Assembly: GCA_965205865.1 (NCBI GenBank)
Contig: CBDBHR010000030.1
Span: forward strand, 32,001 to 96,000
DNA: 64,000 bases
DNA from: a bacterium
GTDB lineage: Bacteria; SAR324; NAC60-12
Direction of reading: 5' to 3'
A model generated the notes under the pieces. It did not search any database. It was not told where the DNA came from and saw nothing but the letters and a program-made list of their open reading frames with translations. Of the stretch, positions 30,923-40,509 are shown one piece after another (positions within the stretch are counted from its first letter, which is position 1; each line of letters opens with the position of its first letter). Both the position numbers and the translations under genes were made by a program.

Positions 30923-31954
30923 TCAGACCTCCTCCACGACGATACAGCCACAGTGAATTCTTCTTTGTCCCGCGCTATGACTTTGAGCAGTCGTGGGTTG
31001 ATACTCCGCTATTGTAAATAGCATCCATATTTTAGAGAATTGAAGGTATTTTTCGATAGGAATACATTCAGATTGAGGTAATTCTTTGGGGCCATAGGAT
31101 TTATGTAGCTCGTCCACTTTAAGTATTGAGCGCGTAAGGTGCCCTACTAGTTGTACAAAGAACACATGGAAAATGTTTTCCGGTTTCTGATCGGCAATCT
31201 TCAATTGGATGGGCTCATGCCGGTCCCACATGAATGTGGCATCACCAGAACTGCCATCCGCCGGCGAATACCATGCTGCACCATGTCCAAGCACGTAAAG
31301 ATTCTTTACCATCTCATCACGGTTAAGGCATGCGTTTATCTGACCAAATCGGCGAGCAACATCCCGAAATTCAATGCCGTCTTCCAGTTTTGTCGCAAGC
31401 ACAGTAGTCCAGAGTGGATTCAATATATAACCCTCCTTATCAAAATCCCGAATATGTTGATTCTCGGTGAGATACCCGTAACTCCGTTCAGGGCGGAACA
31501 GACGCGAAACTGTGACGAGCTTTCTCATGGCTTCGTCGAGCTCTTCAAACCCGAGTGTTCGCTTCACTTCGACTACCGAATAAATGCCTTCTATGGGAAA
31601 GTGCACGCGACGTGATCCGGAAGTCGCTCCGAGCTTGACCACAGACGCCCAAATTCGGTTCGTGATCAAAACTTCGCAGTCGCCTGCCGTTTTCCCGTCC
31701 TTGTCGTTCACGACCCCAGCATCCACGGAGTATCGTTCCGGGAGCAATTTCGAGAGCTCTTGACGTACTATGTCCTCAAGTCCAGGGCCTGCATCGTAAT
31801 TGTTTATGCTGAATCTCTCTTCGATATTGACCTCGTTTATGATGCGACTTTGAACTGCCTGGCACGTCATCTCTAGTCCGGCACTGAGGGTTTTGCTTTT
31901 CTCGGATTGTGGCTGCCATTCACCGACATCAGGCAGTTTATCTTTCCAATTCAT
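30923..31954 (-). CDS. DUF6602-like putative PD-(D/E)XK nuclease
   Basis: LLPERYSV..GVV.D..G...GDC.V.I...FPIEG.Y.VVEVK motif. Confidence 0.7.
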   Translation of the reverse strand: MNWKDKLPDVGEWQPQSEKSKTLSAGLEMTCQAVQSRIINEVNIEERFSINNYDAGPGLEDIVRQELSKLLPERYSVDAGVVNDKDGKTAGDCEVLITNRIWASVVKLGATSGSRRVHFPIEGIYSVVEVKRTLGFEELDEAMRKLVTVSRLFRPERSYGYLTENQHIRDFDKEGYILNPLWTTVLATKLEDGIEFRDVARRFGQINACLNRDEMVKNLYVLGHGAAWYSPADGSSGDATFMWDRHEPIQLKIADQKPENIFHVFFVQLVGHLTRSILKVDELHKSYGPKELPQSECIPIEKYLQFSKIWMLFTIAEYQPTTAQSHSAGQRRIHCGCIVVEEV

Positions 31955-32139
31955 GTGATTCCTCTTGAAGTGGCGACCGACGAGGGACGATCCCTGAAAG
32001 TTAAAATCAATTATGGACTAGGTCATGTGTGTGAGATGGGGTCAGGCTTGCATACTTGTATTTCTTTCCAAATATGCAAGCCTGACCCCATCTAAAATGA
32101 AACCTCGAGATGGCAGGCCGGGTGACCTCCCGGCCAAAA

Positions 32140-32970
32140 ATGTATCGAGTTGTCATTCCTGGCAAAGACCTGGAATCCACCGGTATGCCTCTCATCGAGT
32201 TGTCATTCCATCGAGTTGTCATTGCTGGCGCAGACCAGGAATCCACCGCTATACCTCTCATCGAATTGTCATTGCTGGCGCAGACCAGGAATCCACCGCT
32301 ATGCCTCTCATCGAGTTGTCATTGCATCGAGTTGTCATTGCTGGCGCAGACCAGGAATCCACCGGGCTGGCGATTCAGGGTGACTCATGGATTCCTGGTC
32401 TGCGCCAGGAATGACACGCTTGTGGGGACAGGAATGACACACTTGTATAGAGTGCCATTTCTTTTACTTGCTAAGATATAAACGTAGTAGGTTTTCATGA
32501 TGGCGACTCCTGGATTCCTGGTCTTCGCCAGGAATGACACACTTGTGGGGACAGGAATGACACGCTTGTATCCAGGGTGACTCCTGGATTCCTGGTCTTC
32601 GCCAGGAATGACACGCTTGTGAGGCCAGGAATGACACGCTTGTATCCAGGGTGACTCCTGGATTCCTGGTCTTCGCCAGGAATGACACGCTTGTGGGGAC
32701 AGGAATGACACGCTTGTATCCAGGGTGACTCCTGGATTCCTGATCTTCGCCAGGAATGACACGCTTGTATCCAGGGCGACTCCTGGATTCCTGGTCTTCG
32801 CCAGGAATGACACGCTTGTGGGGACAGGAATGACACGCTTGTATCCAGGGTGACTCCTGGATTCCTGGTCTTCGCCAGGAATGACACACTTGTGGGGACA
32901 GGAATGACACGCTTGTATCCAGGGCGACTCCTGGATTCCTGGTCTTCGCCAGCAATGACACGCTTGTATG
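32140..32970. repeat. second GTCATTCCTGG palindrome array
   Basis: Same units and same left flank (CTCGAGATGGCAGG...AAAAATGTATCG) as the 26.5-kb array. Confidence 0.95.
32445..32498 (-). pseudogene. GIY-YIG nuclease 5' fragment embedded in the repeat array
   Basis: [18 protein letters not shown]. Confidence 0.8.
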
Positions 32971-33740
32971 GATAAATTGAAAGAAGATGTTTCAGCTATC
33001 TCAAAAGACGTCGCAGTGATAAATGTTAAATTCGAGACAGTCTGTACCAAGGAAGAGCTTTTAAATGTTTCAAATTAAGATACTAAACGAATTCGCTACG
33101 ATGGTACAACGTCGTTTGGATTCTTGTAGAGAAGAAAGTAGATGGAGGACCGCTGGTGCAGTCCCCCATCCGAAAGGTAATTATGAAACTGCGGGTGTTA
33201 TGAAGGCACCGCCCGCTGGCCTGGAATGCTCTCAAAGGGGGAGTTTAAAACAATGACCTGGAGCCGCCTCATAGATGAAGGGAGCCCTCTCGAGAACCCG
33301 TTTGGTTGAATAAGACACTTGGCTGAGGTGACTTTGATCATGGCAATACGAATTATATTTTCAGCAGTGGTTGTGAAGGTTCCCAGACGATCGATAAAGT
33401 ACCGACACTGATCGCTTGAATCGCTTGCATACATCCATCTCCTCCTGAATAATGGAATCAGACATGCAATTTATTTGCCAAACACTTCTCTAAATGAGGT
33501 GGGGTCAGGCTTGCATACTTGCGCATTGGTATTTTTTTCGTTTCATAGGTAAAGAGTCTCCCTCAGAACTCTCTCGGTTTTTATGTTTCTTCAGGAAGCC
33601 ATAGAGGTCTTTATCCTTCCGGTTTCCCATGCAGGACTCTCATGGTGGAGCCAATCAGAGTGCCTCCGTCCTTTTCCCGGAACCAGCGAGCCCAACTTCT
33701 TTTTCCATGCATTTACAAATATGCAAGCCTGACCCCACTC

Positions 33741-33950
33741 TCAGTTTGAAATCGACGCCATTTTTTGTGCTGCAAAACTTATGGCAATAGCAATTCCAAT
33801 ATTGCTGACAACCAATCCTACTCCCCATTGAAACATTTTGCCTTCCAGACGCACTATTTCCGTTTTAAGGTTCGCGATATCCTCTTTGGTTGCCATTTGT
33901 TCGATAATTGTTTCCAATCGGGTTATTCGGTTTTCAGATGTGGATTCCAT
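33741..33950 (-). CDS. DUF1640/CCDC90-like small coiled-coil TM protein
   Basis: Paralog of 11720-11953; flanked by REPs on both sides. Confidence 0.7.
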   Translation of the reverse strand: MESTSENRITRLETIIEQMATKEDIANLKTEIVRLEGKMFQWGVGLVVSNIGIAIAISFAAQKMASISN

Positions 33951-34035
33951 GATTATCTCCGATTCAAAAGATGAAATGGAAATAAGTCAGGCTAGCATAC
34001 TTGTATTTCTTTCTGAGTGCAAGCCTGACCCAATT

Positions 34036-34154
34036 ATTGGCTCTACGAGATTGTTTTTATGTTCATAAACTCTTTTAAGAAGATCATTGGTCACTCCAAT
34101 ATATAGAATGCCATTTCTTTTACTTGCCAAGATATAAACGTTGTAGGTTTTCAT
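34036..34154 (-). pseudogene. GIY-YIG nuclease (YhbQ-like) N-terminal fragment
   Basis: [38 protein letters not shown]; cut off at a REP. Confidence 0.85.
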
Positions 34155-34272
34155 GAGGGCGACTCCTGGATTCCTGGTCTTGGCCAGGAATGACACACTT
34201 GAGTCGGGGACAGGCTTGCAAGTTTGCAAAAATGAGTATTTTTTAAATTTTAACCTTTTTCAAATTGCCAAG

Positions 34273-34546
34273 ATGTCTCGGATAACGCGTTTGTACGACG
34301 CTGGTACGCTTTATCATGTAATATTTCGAGGCAATGGGGGCCAACGTATTTTTTCGATGACTGCGACTCTCGACGCTTTTATCAGTCTTCGATTGGAAAT
34401 CCGCAAAAATCCGGGAAGTGGCAAATACTCTCAAGCGAGATGATGCTACTTTCAGTCGTGGTGCGCATAAGTTGTGAGAAAGATTGAAGGAATCCACAAA
34501 TCTCCAAAAGCGGTTAAAAGAACTCAACCTGAAAATGTTTTCTTAA
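34273..34546 (+). pseudogene. REP-associated tyrosine transposase (RAYT/Y1) remnant with large internal deletion
   Basis: MSRITRLYDAGTLYHVIFRGNGGQRIF N-terminus; HTH-like tail RDDATFSRGAHKL; inverted REPs at 34206 and 34551-34572. Confidence 0.75.
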
Positions 34547-34693
34547 ATTCGCAAACTTGCAAGCCTGACCCCTTCATTTTTTGAATGAATATAAACCATT
34601 TCAGTAACCGATCATTTTGACCCCCTTCCAGGCAAGGCATCTAATTAAAATGAAAAAAACCTTGAACAAAGACAAAGATTTCAACAAGATTCA

Positions 34694-34817
34694 TCAGAAC
34701 AAGGCGTTCTAGCGGAGGCCCAACGTAGCGTTTTTCAGTCATTTTGAGATTATCACTCTGTTCATCTCATCATCAATTTTCTTCGTAGGGTGGTCGCCCG
34801 TGAACTCAACGTTCCCC
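34694..34817 (+). other. attC-like integron recombination site
   Basis: R'' TCAGAAC, L'' GCGTTCTAG, L' CGTGAACTC, R' GTT; ~124 bp. Confidence 0.55.
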
Positions 34818-34945
34818 AATATGATCCCTTAAATTCACATGAAACAATTTCATCAATGAGATATATTTGAAGAAAAGATAAAATAAAAAGACAAATAGAA
34901 AATCGAAAAATTAAAAGTTATTCAAAAAAAAAAAGAGAGGGCATC

Positions 34946-35215
34946 ATGCCATCAATATCAATGTTTTATGGGATCATCGTCTATCTGTACTTTAAAGACA
35001 ATAAACAGCATAGAGTCCCACACATTCACGCAAAATACCAAGGACAAGAAGTGGTTATTGCGATTCCGGAAGGTGATATTCTAGAAGGAAGCCTTCCAAA
35101 ACCAAAGTTAAAACTGCTTCAAGCCTGGGTCGAAATTCATCGAGATGAGTTAGTAGCAGATTGGGAACTAGCTGTTTCAGGACAACCACCGTATAAAATC
35201 GAACCTTTGAGGTAG
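34946..35215 (+). CDS. DUF4160 protein (TA module)
   Basis: MPSISMFYGI, HRVPHIHAKY, WVEIHRDEL..DW, IEPLR. Confidence 0.9.
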   Translation: MPSISMFYGIIVYLYFKDNKQHRVPHIHAKYQGQEVVIAIPEGDILEGSLPKPKLKLLQAWVEIHRDELVADWELAVSGQPPYKIEPLR

Positions 35216-35217
35216 CC

Positions 35218-35466
35218 ATGAATCCAAGAGTGACCGCAGTGACCGCAATGCCTGATTATAAATTAGGACTTATTTTTTCAAATGGAGAAGAGGGTATTTA
35301 TGATTGTTCTGAACTTCTTGATTTTGGTGTTTTTAAAGAATTAAAAGACGAAAACTATTTTAAACAAGTAAAAGTTTGGGATGGGACAATTGCATGGCCC
35401 CACGAACAGGATATTTGTCCTGATACTCTTTACCTAGACTCCAAGAAGGTAAATACCGAACAATAG
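35218..35466 (+). CDS. DUF2442 protein (TA module)
   Basis: DYKL.L.FSNGE, GVFKEL, GTIAWP..DICPDTLY. Confidence 0.9.
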   Translation: MNPRVTAVTAMPDYKLGLIFSNGEEGIYDCSELLDFGVFKELKDENYFKQVKVWDGTIAWPHEQDICPDTLYLDSKKVNTEQ

Positions 35467-35781
35467 AATGGAGAAGGGTTACCTACACCACGCTCGTCCC
35501 TCGCTCCATTTCAGCAATCTCTCATCATCAATAAAATTTGAGAAGGGGTCAGGCCTTTGATTATTTGATTAGGATGGGGGTCAGGCTTGCATACTTGTAT
35601 TTCTTTCCAAATATGCAAGCCTGTCCTAATCTCTGAGAAATACAAGTATGCAAGCCTGACCCCAATACGGAAGTTCCCTTTCACAAGTATGCAAGCCTGA
35701 CCCCAATAGAAATCTCTCTTTGTGAGAGACCCGGACACCAGTGACCAAAGTCCATCATGGCCCTGATTCGGAAGTTTCCTT

Positions 35782-36090
35782 TCAGATAGTTAAAAGTTCT
35801 GGTGGGGTAACAAGAAAATCAAAGGAAAATATTTTCCTTAGTTTTTTGTCTACCTCGATTTTTTTGTCTACCTTGAATTTTTTGTTCATTTTTACAATTT
35901 TTTCAACTGGTATACCATCTTCCAAATTTCCGACTATATGCATATGTAAACATTCCTTGAAATTATCATATGCTTCATCAAATGAGTCTTCTACGGAAAA
36001 GCATGCCAACACGTCAGGAGAAAAAGAACAATAATTATTTCCAGCTTTTTCTATAACGACTCTTACCGAAAATGTTTTTGCAGTTTTCAT
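35782..36090 (-). CDS. hicB: HicB-like antitoxin
   Basis: VVIEKAGNNYCSFSPDV.ACF....SFDEAYDN. Confidence 0.75.
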   Translation of the reverse strand: MKTAKTFSVRVVIEKAGNNYCSFSPDVLACFSVEDSFDEAYDNFKECLHMHIVGNLEDGIPVEKIVKMNKKFKVDKKIEVDKKLRKIFSFDFLVTPPELLTI

Positions 36091-36188
36091 TATAATTTTA
36101 TAGAGGCTTGTTTTAAAATATTCTTATAAAGGGTAATTGGTACACCTTTGTTAGTCCCATGATATGGAACCGTTACTTTTCCTATTAG
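36090..36188 (-). pseudogene. HicA toxin C-terminal remnant
   Basis: GKVTVPYHG...VPITLYKNILKQA* directly upstream of hicB. Confidence 0.7.
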
Positions 36189-36261
36189 TACGCTCGAGCC
36201 ATGCTACATGCCTCGCTTGATGTGGTTGTGGTCAAATTGGCCTGGCAAATCCGGCACCTGC

Positions 36262-36945
36262 TCAGAATGAGTAGAACGCCCCTAGATGGGCGCGATGTTC
36301 GTCCCCACCGTGATCGTCACTGAGCGGCAGGTACAGGTACTCGATACGAAACGAAGCGGCGTTGGTTATCGGCACGTCGAGGCCGCCACCCAAGAGGAGC
36401 CCAAGGCCGTTGTCGTCATCATCGAATGGCACCGATACCAGGTTGTCCGCAATCGTTATCGTTCCCGTTCCCTCGAATTCATCATGCCATCGCCTCACCC
36501 CGATCTTGACGAAAGGCATGACGAAGGAGGAATCAAGCGACACTTGCCTTACGAGGGCGCCGTACAGTGACCAACGCCTCACCTTGACCTTGGCATCAAA
36601 GGATACCTCGTATTCGTCAAACGTTGCCGTCAGGTCCATACTCTGGTTCACCTCGCCACTGCCAAGATAACCAACCTCCAGCGCGAAGTCGTCATTCAAG
36701 TTGTACCCCGCAAAGGTGCTCCAGGCGAACGCCCGATCGTCAGTCGACAAGGACAAGTTGTTGATATTGTTATGCCCCTCTTGGCGTAGCTCATTCTCAA
36801 ATTTTCCGGTATGCTCTTCCAATTCCGGATACAACACCATCCCTGGAGCCGCACCCACATACATATCACCCACGCGATCCTGCGGATATGCCGAGGTCGC
36901 CATGAGTACTGCGCAGACCCCCGTCAACCATTTCAATATTTTCAT
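36262..36945 (-). CDS. OmpA-like transmembrane beta-barrel protein
   Basis: Signal peptide, FAGYNLN.FALEVGY, RIEY, terminal YSF. Confidence 0.85.
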   Translation of the reverse strand: MKILKWLTGVCAVLMATSAYPQDRVGDMYVGAAPGMVLYPELEEHTGKFENELRQEGHNNINNLSLSTDDRAFAWSTFAGYNLNDDFALEVGYLGSGEVNQSMDLTATFDEYEVSFDAKVKVRRWSLYGALVRQVSLDSSFVMPFVKIGVRRWHDEFEGTGTITIADNLVSVPFDDDDNGLGLLLGGGLDVPITNAASFRIEYLYLPLSDDHGGDEHRAHLGAFYSF

Positions 36946-37259
36946 GATTATCTCCTCTCAAATACTATTGAATTAAAAAGGGATTTCGTACCCCTGCCAT
37001 TGAGCGCATCGTAACTATTCAGATCTCTGAAAAACCCGTTTAGTCAAATAACGTTGAAAAAATTCCCAGGTAAAATTTTCACGTCCTCCCACGATATTGT
37101 TCAATCGAGCGGGAACCCTCTCCTTCACTGAAATAACTCAGTCAAGACATGTTTATAGCACTTAAACAGAGGAATGAATAGAACTTGAAATGTTTGAATT
37201 GTTCCCGTACTTCAGAAGTTGATTCATCAAATGAAATTTCTGAGGAAAAAGGAATAAAA

Positions 37260-37526
37260 ATGGAAGCAGAAGTCGAATTTGATCCTATTGACAGGCTACT
37301 CAAAAAATTAACGGACCACGCTGTTGATCACAAATCAAAAATTGTTTCTATGAATAAGGAGATGACAAAAGAATTTGTCAGTGTGAAGAAGCAACTCACC
37401 CAATTGACTAATGTAAACAAGGAAATGGACGAGCGACTCAAAGAAATGGACGAGCGATTTCAAGGTCAATTTAGTGAAATGGGAAGTAAGATTGATGCGC
37501 TGGCAGACCTTTTGAGGAAGGAATGA
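37260..37526 (+). CDS. small coiled-coil protein
   Basis: AAGGA RBS, heptad pattern. Confidence 0.6.
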   Translation: MEAEVEFDPIDRLLKKLTDHAVDHKSKIVSMNKEMTKEFVSVKKQLTQLTNVNKEMDERLKEMDERFQGQFSEMGSKIDALADLLRKE

Positions 37527-37679
37527 AACTTATGAGGAGAGGGGTATAGCTCCTGTGCGGGCGTTGTCATATTCCATGACTCTATGATGAAGAGAGCTCG
37601 CGCAGGGGTTTGTAACAATGAAAGGAGATATCCATGGAAAGAGGACCTGAAGGAGAGAAGCGAATCGAAGGGGTCTCTG

Positions 37680-38315
37680 AAGATACCCGAATAGTTACCA
37701 TAAACTCTCTTAAAAGGTTGGAGGAAATGGGCGGGAGCGCGGAAGACACCTGCGCCATAACCGCCGATCTCACCGACACCAAATCAGTCATTTCATTAAT
37801 TGAACAGGTTGAAGGCGCTTTAGGTCCTATTGATATTGTGATCAACAATGCAGGGATGGTGCAAACTGGCAGGGAATTACCCCGTTTATTGCTTCATGAA
37901 ACAAGCGATGATCGCTGGCGGTACGGAATCGATATCAATCTCACCAGCGCATTTCTAGTCACCCGAGGGGTTCTTCCGGGCATGATGGCGCGTCAGTATG
38001 GCCGTATTGTACAAGTGTCCTCGGTCACTGGGCCTCTGGTTGGTATTTCAGGCAGGCATGCTTGGCATGACTCGATCACTGGCTATTGAAATCGGCAGTT
38101 ACAACATCACGGTAAACTGTGTGGGGCCGGGTTGGATTCAGACATCATCCAGCAGTGAAAGTGAGATTACCGCTGGAAAATATACACCGGTTGGTCGCCC
38201 GGGCACACCCAATGAGGTTGGTCATGTCGCTGTCTTCCTTGCTGGCGAAGAGGCAAGTTATGTGAGCGGTCAGCTGATCGTTGTTGATGGTGGAAATACG
38301 GTACAAGAATATAAT
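37680..38315 (+). pseudogene. SDR / 3-oxoacyl-ACP reductase-like pseudogene
   Basis: IVINNAG, GRIVQVSS, ITVNCVGPG, VDGG; no Rossmann start; catalytic YxxxK region deleted or frameshifted. Confidence 0.8.
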
Positions 38316-38490
38316 GTTCCTCATCCGGTGGGCCATGATAGCACTGAATACTCACCAGCTCGTTGTTCGGCGGAGGCAGTTTGCCTGTTGCTGCCGTTTG
38401 GAATTCGGCGGCGCCTTCCGGGCGATACTGGGCCTCCCATGAATTAGCGGTAACCACCAACCGAAGTCGGACGCTTTTCGTCGGCATCGG
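38315..38490 (-). pseudogene. partial copy of the gene at 46035-46601
   Basis: MPTKSVRLRLVV...CYHGPPDEEH near-identical. Confidence 0.8.
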
Positions 38491-38699
38491 CTACTGTCCT
38501 GGTATGATGTAGCGTGGGCCGCACCCTCTCAATGAACGGCCTCTCGTCTCTTAGATAATCATTTCTTGTTTGGCTGCACCGGAGCGAACCATAGCAAACT
38601 GTAAATCTGCTTGGCTTTGGGCGTCCGAAATTCGTGCTTGCCCAAAAAAAATAAGAGGAAGATCTCCTCAGTGAGGTCATTGAACGGGTTCCCTCAATA

Positions 38700-39704
38700 C
38701 TATTGAGGATCAGTGTGTTTATTTTGAAGCAAGACGCGTAAATGTTTGATCTCTTCCAGGGCTTGTTCCTTTTGTTGTCGCTCCTGTTCTTTTTGTTGTC
38801 GTTCCTGCTCTTCTCTTTTCAAGGCTTGTTCCTTTTGTTGTCGCTCCTGTTCTTTTTGTTGTCGTTCCTGCTCTTCTCTTTTCAAGGCTTGCTCTTTTTG
38901 TTGCCGCTCCTGTTCTTTTTGTTGTCGTTCCTGCTCTTCTCTTTTCAAGGCTTGCTCTTTTTGTTGCCGCTCCTGTTCTTTGAGTTGCCTTTCCTGCTCT
39001 TTTTGTTGCCGCTCTTCTTGGAGGGATTTTAAGAGATAGGGTTGGTAGAGCGGATCATTCATCAGGGTCTTGAAAGAGGTCTGGGCCTCCAGGTCTTGGC
39101 GCCGAAAAGCAAAATGCTCCAAGACGGTGGATTGAATCAGGCCCTCTTCTGCCGAATCCAATCGTTGATAGGTTCCCGCTTCATGGAGTCGATAAAAACA
39201 TGTATGTTTTCCCAAACGATCTAAAATATAATATTCTGCCACCCCCGCTTTGGCGTATTCTTCTTTTTTGAAGACGGTGTCCCGTTCCACCTCCGAGGGA
39301 GTCGAGTCGGATAAAAACTCTATACAGAGGTCACAGACCCCATGAAACGAACGATCCGTGGGGTGGGGCACTACCGGATTGGAATGCAGAAGGACCGCGA
39401 GATCCGGTTTCCGTACGCTGACTTTATCCCCCAAATCCAAACGAAAGCCCATGTCCAATGCCATGATTCGCCCGCGAGGGAAGACGGTTAAATATTCTTC
39501 TAATAAGCGCAAGAACCATTGATACAGAGAGATGCTCAAAAAATCCGGCATGGGCTTTTCCTCCAAGAGTCCATTGTTCCACTCATATTGACCATCCGGG
39601 TGTTGGTAATACTCCTTCCAATAGAGCTCCTCACTGATCCGATGGTGTTCTTGTAATGAGGGGCTCTGAGAGGAATCACTGATGATGGATTCGCGAGTTT
39701 CCAT
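38700..39704 (-). CDS. Uma2 (DUF820) endonuclease-like protein with EQERQQK repeat tail
   Basis: YEWNNG.LEE, RKPDL, DLCIEFLS, K..EYA..GV.EY.I.D. Confidence 0.88.
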   Translation of the reverse strand: METRESIISDSSQSPSLQEHHRISEELYWKEYYQHPDGQYEWNNGLLEEKPMPDFLSISLYQWFLRLLEEYLTVFPRGRIMALDMGFRLDLGDKVSVRKPDLAVLLHSNPVVPHPTDRSFHGVCDLCIEFLSDSTPSEVERDTVFKKEEYAKAGVAEYYILDRLGKHTCFYRLHEAGTYQRLDSAEEGLIQSTVLEHFAFRRQDLEAQTSFKTLMNDPLYQPYLLKSLQEERQQKEQERQLKEQERQQKEQALKREEQERQQKEQERQQKEQALKREEQERQQKEQERQQKEQALKREEQERQQKEQERQQKEQALEEIKHLRVLLQNKHTDPQ

Positions 39705-40235
39705 GGAGCCTCCATAAGAATGATGGGGAAAAAATACTGATTATCAAACATAACATATCAGAGGGGAAACAGCAACTAGTGATAGAGGCGACAGCGATTA
39801 CGAGTAAATATTCTTAGCATAAATCGGATATTCCCCAAAAATAATCGTTGACTTCCTGTTCCAGATATGAGATAAGATTGGCCTTAAATAGTCGCAGTCG
39901 CTAAATGGCTTTTAGCCCTCTGCTGTCAGCTATCAGTTTTTGAATCATAGTTGATATAGTTTTTTTTGTAAGTGAAAACCCTACGCGGGCCGCTGTAGCT
40001 GAGAACAGAAAACCTTAAATGCTTGACAAACATTTGCAGAGCGATTATATAATATTTTATTCTAGGGACAAAAGGGCGATAATGCGATCCTTCGCTTTTG
40101 ATCAGGATGACATGAAAGTCTGAAATTAACCTGCTTTCAATATAAAAGCATCTTGACAATAAGGTGAATATGAGAGTAAGCTTAAACACCCAGTTCTCAG
40201 TAATAAGTTCCAGATCACAAGTTCTACCCCTTGGT

Positions 40236-40338
40236 GTCATCTCGACGGGGCCGTCGGTACGCCCGATCTTCGCACGGTGGCCCGCATACGGAGCATGGGC
40301 GTACCGGAAGCGGCGCCCAGTCCGAAGGGGAGAGATCC
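40236..40338. repeat. GTCATCTCGAC...GGAGAGATC-type structured palindromic element
   Basis: GC-rich island in an AT-rich intergenic region; GTCAT terminus like the other families. Confidence 0.5.
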
Positions 40339-40509
40339 TTAAATTGCACCTCAATTCATTTCAGCATATGGAAATTCCTCAAGAAAATTTAAAGGTCATG
40401 GTTCATTGCCCAATCCTGGAGCCAATGAATCGGTTTTTTTTCATCACTTGAAAATGAAGCAGGTTTTAAAGCAATCCTTAATTTTGAACATGCAATCGAA
40501 AGGAAAAAG

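Larger units (their letters stand above)
28049..35704. repeat. dispersed REP family GGGGTCAGGCTTGCA...TGCAAGCCTGACCCC (copies near 28060, 30001, 30597, 32038, 33501, 33717, 33986, 34206, 34551, 35546-35704)
   Basis: Recurrent inverted pairs; flank a RAYT remnant. Confidence 0.9.

Noticed and set aside
26541-33050. Many ORFs such as [10 protein letters not shown]... and QACHSWRRPG...
   Set aside because: Chance open frames through stop-poor palindromic repeats on both strands.
28192-36600. Diversity-generating retroelement TR/VR pair
   Set aside because: Differences are not confined to adenines in either copy, and there is no reverse transcriptase in the window.
9899-37526. Prophage
   Set aside because: No integrase, terminase, capsid or tail genes recognised.
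39900-40340. Riboswitch or tRNA upstream of the ABC operon
   Set aside because: No recognisable aptamer or cloverleaf; the structured part matches the GTCAT palindrome type.
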